24,159 nucleotides of DNA, taken from Octopus sinensis. Its lineage: Eukaryota. Under the pieces are notes generated by a model. It was not told where the DNA came from and ran no database searches. It worked only from the letters and a program-made list of their open reading frames with translations. Of this stretch, positions 20,900 to 24,159 are shown in pieces. The stretch lies in the NCBI RefSeq assembly GCF_006345805.1, contig NW_021836440.1:1-24159 (forward strand), given 5' to 3'. How positions within the stretch are numbered: position 1 is the first letter of the stretch; every line of letters starts with the position of its first letter. The translations under genes and the position numbers were made by a program.

Positions 20900-20961
20900 G
20901 ATAAAACTCCGAGTTTCAGATGTCGGGGTGGAAGGACTACGCCGCCATCTCTTCAGTTATC
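20900..20961 (-). ncRNA. Candidate minimal type I hammerhead ribozyme at the 5' end of a ~170-bp repeat (20792-20961)
   Basis: Minus strand GATAA-CTGAAGA-GATGGCGG..CCGACATC-T-GAAA-CTC-G-GAG-TT-TTATC: stem I GATAA/TTATC, stem II 7/8 pairs, stem III ACTC/GAGT with 1-nt loop, GUU triplet; one extra U before GAAA. Confidence 0.6.
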
Positions 20962-21378
20962 CAGCCATCGAAAAGCCACTCAATGATTCCATCTGACTCA
21001 TGCAAGCACAGAAAAGAGGACATTACAAAGAACATGATGACGATGATGACAACGAAAAAGATGGTGTTTACTTGTGCTTGTTTGTGTGTGTGTGTGTGTG
21101 AGGGAGAGAAGTGTAGAGAGGATTAACTAGAAAGATAAAGGAATCAGCTTTAAGATATTTGATAAATACTTGCTTTGATATATTGATATATTTTAGAGTA
21201 AGAAACCCGTCAATTGTTTGCTGACCTCTCAACCAAGTAACGGTGGATGGTGTGTGATATCTATGCTGTCCCCTGCCCTGACCCCTCTCCTTTCTCTCCT
21301 TTCTCTTCTTTCTCCAATACATTAGCAACACAACAGAAGGAAAATTAGCAACCACCAAGAATTAAAGCTAATTTGCAG

Positions 21379-21460
21379 ATTCAATAAAGCAAGGAAGCAC
21401 AGTGCTTATTATGTCGAGCCGGATGGACCAGCTCGATATATAGATGGATTGGGGGAATGG
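21379..21460 (+). CDS. Candidate internal exon (phase 2 to phase 0), unidentified protein
   Basis: Acceptor CTAATTTGCAG|, donor GG|GTAGGT, only one open frame: FNKARKHSAYYVEPDGPARYIDGLGEW. Confidence 0.55.
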
Positions 21461-21571
21461 GTAGGTTGATAAATGGATAGGGAGATGGATGGATGGATGG
21501 AGGGAGGGAGGCAGAGAGTGAGTTTATAAAGATTGTCAAGATAAATAATTGGGTAAACATCATCATTTTAG

Positions 21572-21623
21572 CATCCCCCTTTTCATGGTAACCTGGTTCG
21601 GGACACATGGTGTGATGTGCCGG
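21572..21623 (+). CDS. Candidate next exon (phase 0 to phase 1), same gene
   Basis: 111-nt intron with (GGAT)n; acceptor CATTTTAG|, donor CGG|GTAAGA; in-phase open frame HPPFHGNLVRDTWCDVP. Confidence 0.55.
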
Positions 21624-21880
21624 GTAAGAAGTGATATATCAACAGATAGTTTTGTGTGTGTGAAGCTAAAATGTCATATAGTTTATACGTGTGAGTGTAT
21701 GAATCTCATATACATACATATGTAGTCAATATTTAATACATTTATATATACATACACATACATATCATCAATTAACATTTGTCAGCCATACTGGAATTGT
21801 GTGTGTGTATATTTAAAATTAGAGTATTAAATCATTACCAATGTCTCATAGGAATGTTTAGCAGACATGGGGTGTGTATA

Positions 21881-21937
<57 letters not shown>

Positions 21938-22115
21938 TACAATATATACATATACATACATACGTACACACATTGCATTGATGGGTAAATATTCTTTATT
22001 TTTGGGTTAGCAAGGCAACTAACAGTTTCATGTGAGGAGATCTTCACTTGAACAATTGTGTAGACTACTTGATATAAAACCATTGGTTGCCTTGTTAACC
22101 CACAGAGCATATATA

Positions 22116-22219
22116 CAAGATGTGCTGAAAAGTTCCTGGCTTTGAGTAAAAGAAAATGCAAGAAGATCAGTTAATTATGATTTTATTCAACATATTCCCT
22201 CTCAGGTCACACACTTATT
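22116..22219 (-). mobile_element. Right end of a mariner-derived MITE
   Basis: TA then TIR TGTGCTGAAAAGTTCCTGGCTTT; minus strand has remnant of a transposase C-terminus (AATAAGTGTGTG..GAGAGGGAATATGTTGAATAA, KCV..GEYVE*). Confidence 0.7.
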
Positions 22220-22966
22220 ATATATATATATATAATTTCAATATGGAGCAAACAATTCACAAGAAAAAAATAATCAATGAAAAAATAATTTGCACTGACT
22301 CTGATATTATTTAGTGTAACAATTTAAAAATGATAATAACAGAATCAATAATATAGGTGATTGCAGGCCCCCAAAAAAGCATTAAATGGCTGGCAATTTA
22401 AATAAGAGTTTTGACTGTTATTTCCAGCAGGTATACATACTTAATATGTCCTTTAATTAATTTTATATATATATATATAGGACAGGTGTAGCAGTATTTT
22501 ACACTTACATATACAACACAAATGTACTGAATGGCAGTGTGTAGAGTAAGATGTTATGTATGTATAATTTAAATGCTATACCCTTTTCCTATATGGGAAT
22601 GAGGTGTATAGCGGTGGAGCATACAGTACTTATTATGTATGTATAATGCAGCCTGTCAAGACTATTTTATGCTATACAAAGTTTTGAACAATACAAGAGA
22701 TGTTTAAGAATTGTTGCAGAAACAATCAAATTTACCAATTTTTTTTTTTACTGAAAGCTTCAATTAAATCAGAATTCTCTTATCATAGAACAATGGCATC
22801 GATAAATCTTATAATTATATACACTCATGCACAGTGTGTGTATATGTGTGTGTGTATATTCATATATATATATACACACACACACCTCACAGACACATAC
22901 AAATAATATGCAAATACCCGTATTCAGTGACATCTATACAAGCACATACATGCATACACACACACT

Positions 22967-23430
22967 CATTACATATACATCTATACATTATATATACGCA
23001 CATATGTACACACGCATTATATATACATCTATACATCATATATACACACACACATTACATATTCATTATATATACGTACATACATACACACCCATTACAT
23101 ATACATCTATACATTATATATACACACATACTCACACACCCATTACATATACATCTATACATTATATATACACACATACTCACACACACATTACATATAT
23201 ATCTATACATTATATATACGCACATAAGTACACACACACATTACATATACATCTATGCAGTATATATATATACACATACACATTACATATTCATCTATAC
23301 ATTATATACACACACATACATACACACGCATTACATATACATCTATACATTATATATACACACATACACATCTGTACATTATATATATATATACACACAC
23401 ATACATACACATCTATACATTATATATATA
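22967..23430. repeat. ~48-bp minisatellite, about 9 units
   Basis: Unit CATTACATATACATCTATACATTATATATACACACATACTCACACACC. Confidence 0.9.
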
Positions 23431-23441
23431 AATATATCCTC

Positions 23442-23475
<34 letters not shown>

Positions 23476-23783
23476 ACAAACACATAATAATGATAATATA
23501 GAGATACACAAATTCAATTGTATTTATATATACATGCACTCACACGGGTATACACAGAATTCTAAATATTTAATTGGTAGCAAATAGAATGAATTGCTTG
23601 GAAAGAGTCCATTTATCATTATTTGTATTTTGGGATTGTTTTAGATGTACTTTATCACACACACACACATTAACATACAAAAATACAACTGCATATTAAT
23701 AAAACACACACACATACACACACCAAATTAAGACACCTACAAACATACACATGAGTGTGTGTAGAGAGAGAGAGAAAGAAAGA

Positions 23784-23912
23784 GAGGGGTGTGCTGAAAA
23801 GTTCCTAGTTTTAAGAGTATAGTGAAAGGCCTGATTGGAGGTGCAACCTTCTTTTACAGGGCTCAGAACAAATGAAGGACCGCACCAATAAATGTAGGAA
23901 TCTGAGAAGGGG
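23784..23912 (+). mobile_element. Left part of the same mariner-derived MITE, cut by the 220-bp element
   Basis: TIR GTGTGCTGAAAAGTTCCTAGTTTT; MKDRTNKCRNLR transposase-tail remnant overlaps the sequence at 22200-22219. Confidence 0.7.
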
Positions 23913-24131
23913 TGTCTTGCAAACAACTTGCACATGCAAGTGCTACCAGTCAAAAGCTCCGTATACCGGAAGCCAGCAAGTATATGGGGTCATCAGGAGA
24001 GAATGCGTGCCGTGTCGGGGCCTATCTCTCGACGGCATCAATGCGCACCGGCCCCCCTCACTGATATGAGGCCCTGCTTGCTAGATCAGCTGGTAATGAA
24101 GAACTCAATATCCTTCTAGCCATCGCTCATC
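23913..24131. mobile_element. Unclassified ~220-bp GC-rich dispersed element, copy 2
   Basis: Same boundaries as 20191-20412; about 13 substitutions and one 3-nt indel. Confidence 0.75.
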
Positions 24132-24159
24132 GTCTCTTTTAAACCAAATCCAGTGGCTA

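Noticed and set aside
22827-23487. 215/217-aa ORFs and the many other HT/YI/VC-rich ORFs (e.g. 9347-9880, 10145-10449, 5019-5327)
   Set aside because: Direct translations of CA/TA/TG repeats, which lack stop codons in most frames.

Overview
Repeat-dense, AT-rich animal genomic DNA. The SINE and microsatellite content looks like an octopod cephalopod (Octopus-like); this is recalled, not searched. Most of the window is interspersed repeats: three tRNA-derived SINE families (labelled A, B, C here), a tandem-subunit element with an RTE-like tail (D), a decayed cecropia-type (Hsmar1-like) mariner, a decayed RTE LINE piece, two non-autonomous Helitrons, and hAT-, piggyBac- and mariner-type MITEs, separated by (TA)n/(CA)n/(GA)n fields. 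Nearly every ORF in the track is a microsatellite translation. The only credible host-gene signal is a phase-compatible pair of small + strand exons (21379-21460, 21572-21623) of an unrecognised protein, with a weaker candidate at 11656-11740, so most of the window is probably intron. Top leads: a minimal type I hammerhead-ribozyme motif heading a short repeated element (20900-20961, - strand); a 220-bp element present twice that carries all three hammerhead core strands in a permuted order; and several near-perfect fold-backs (47-bp perfect inverted repeat, 48-bp spacerless palindrome, 92-bp-arm MITE). No searches or folding programs were run; all family names are pattern recognition.
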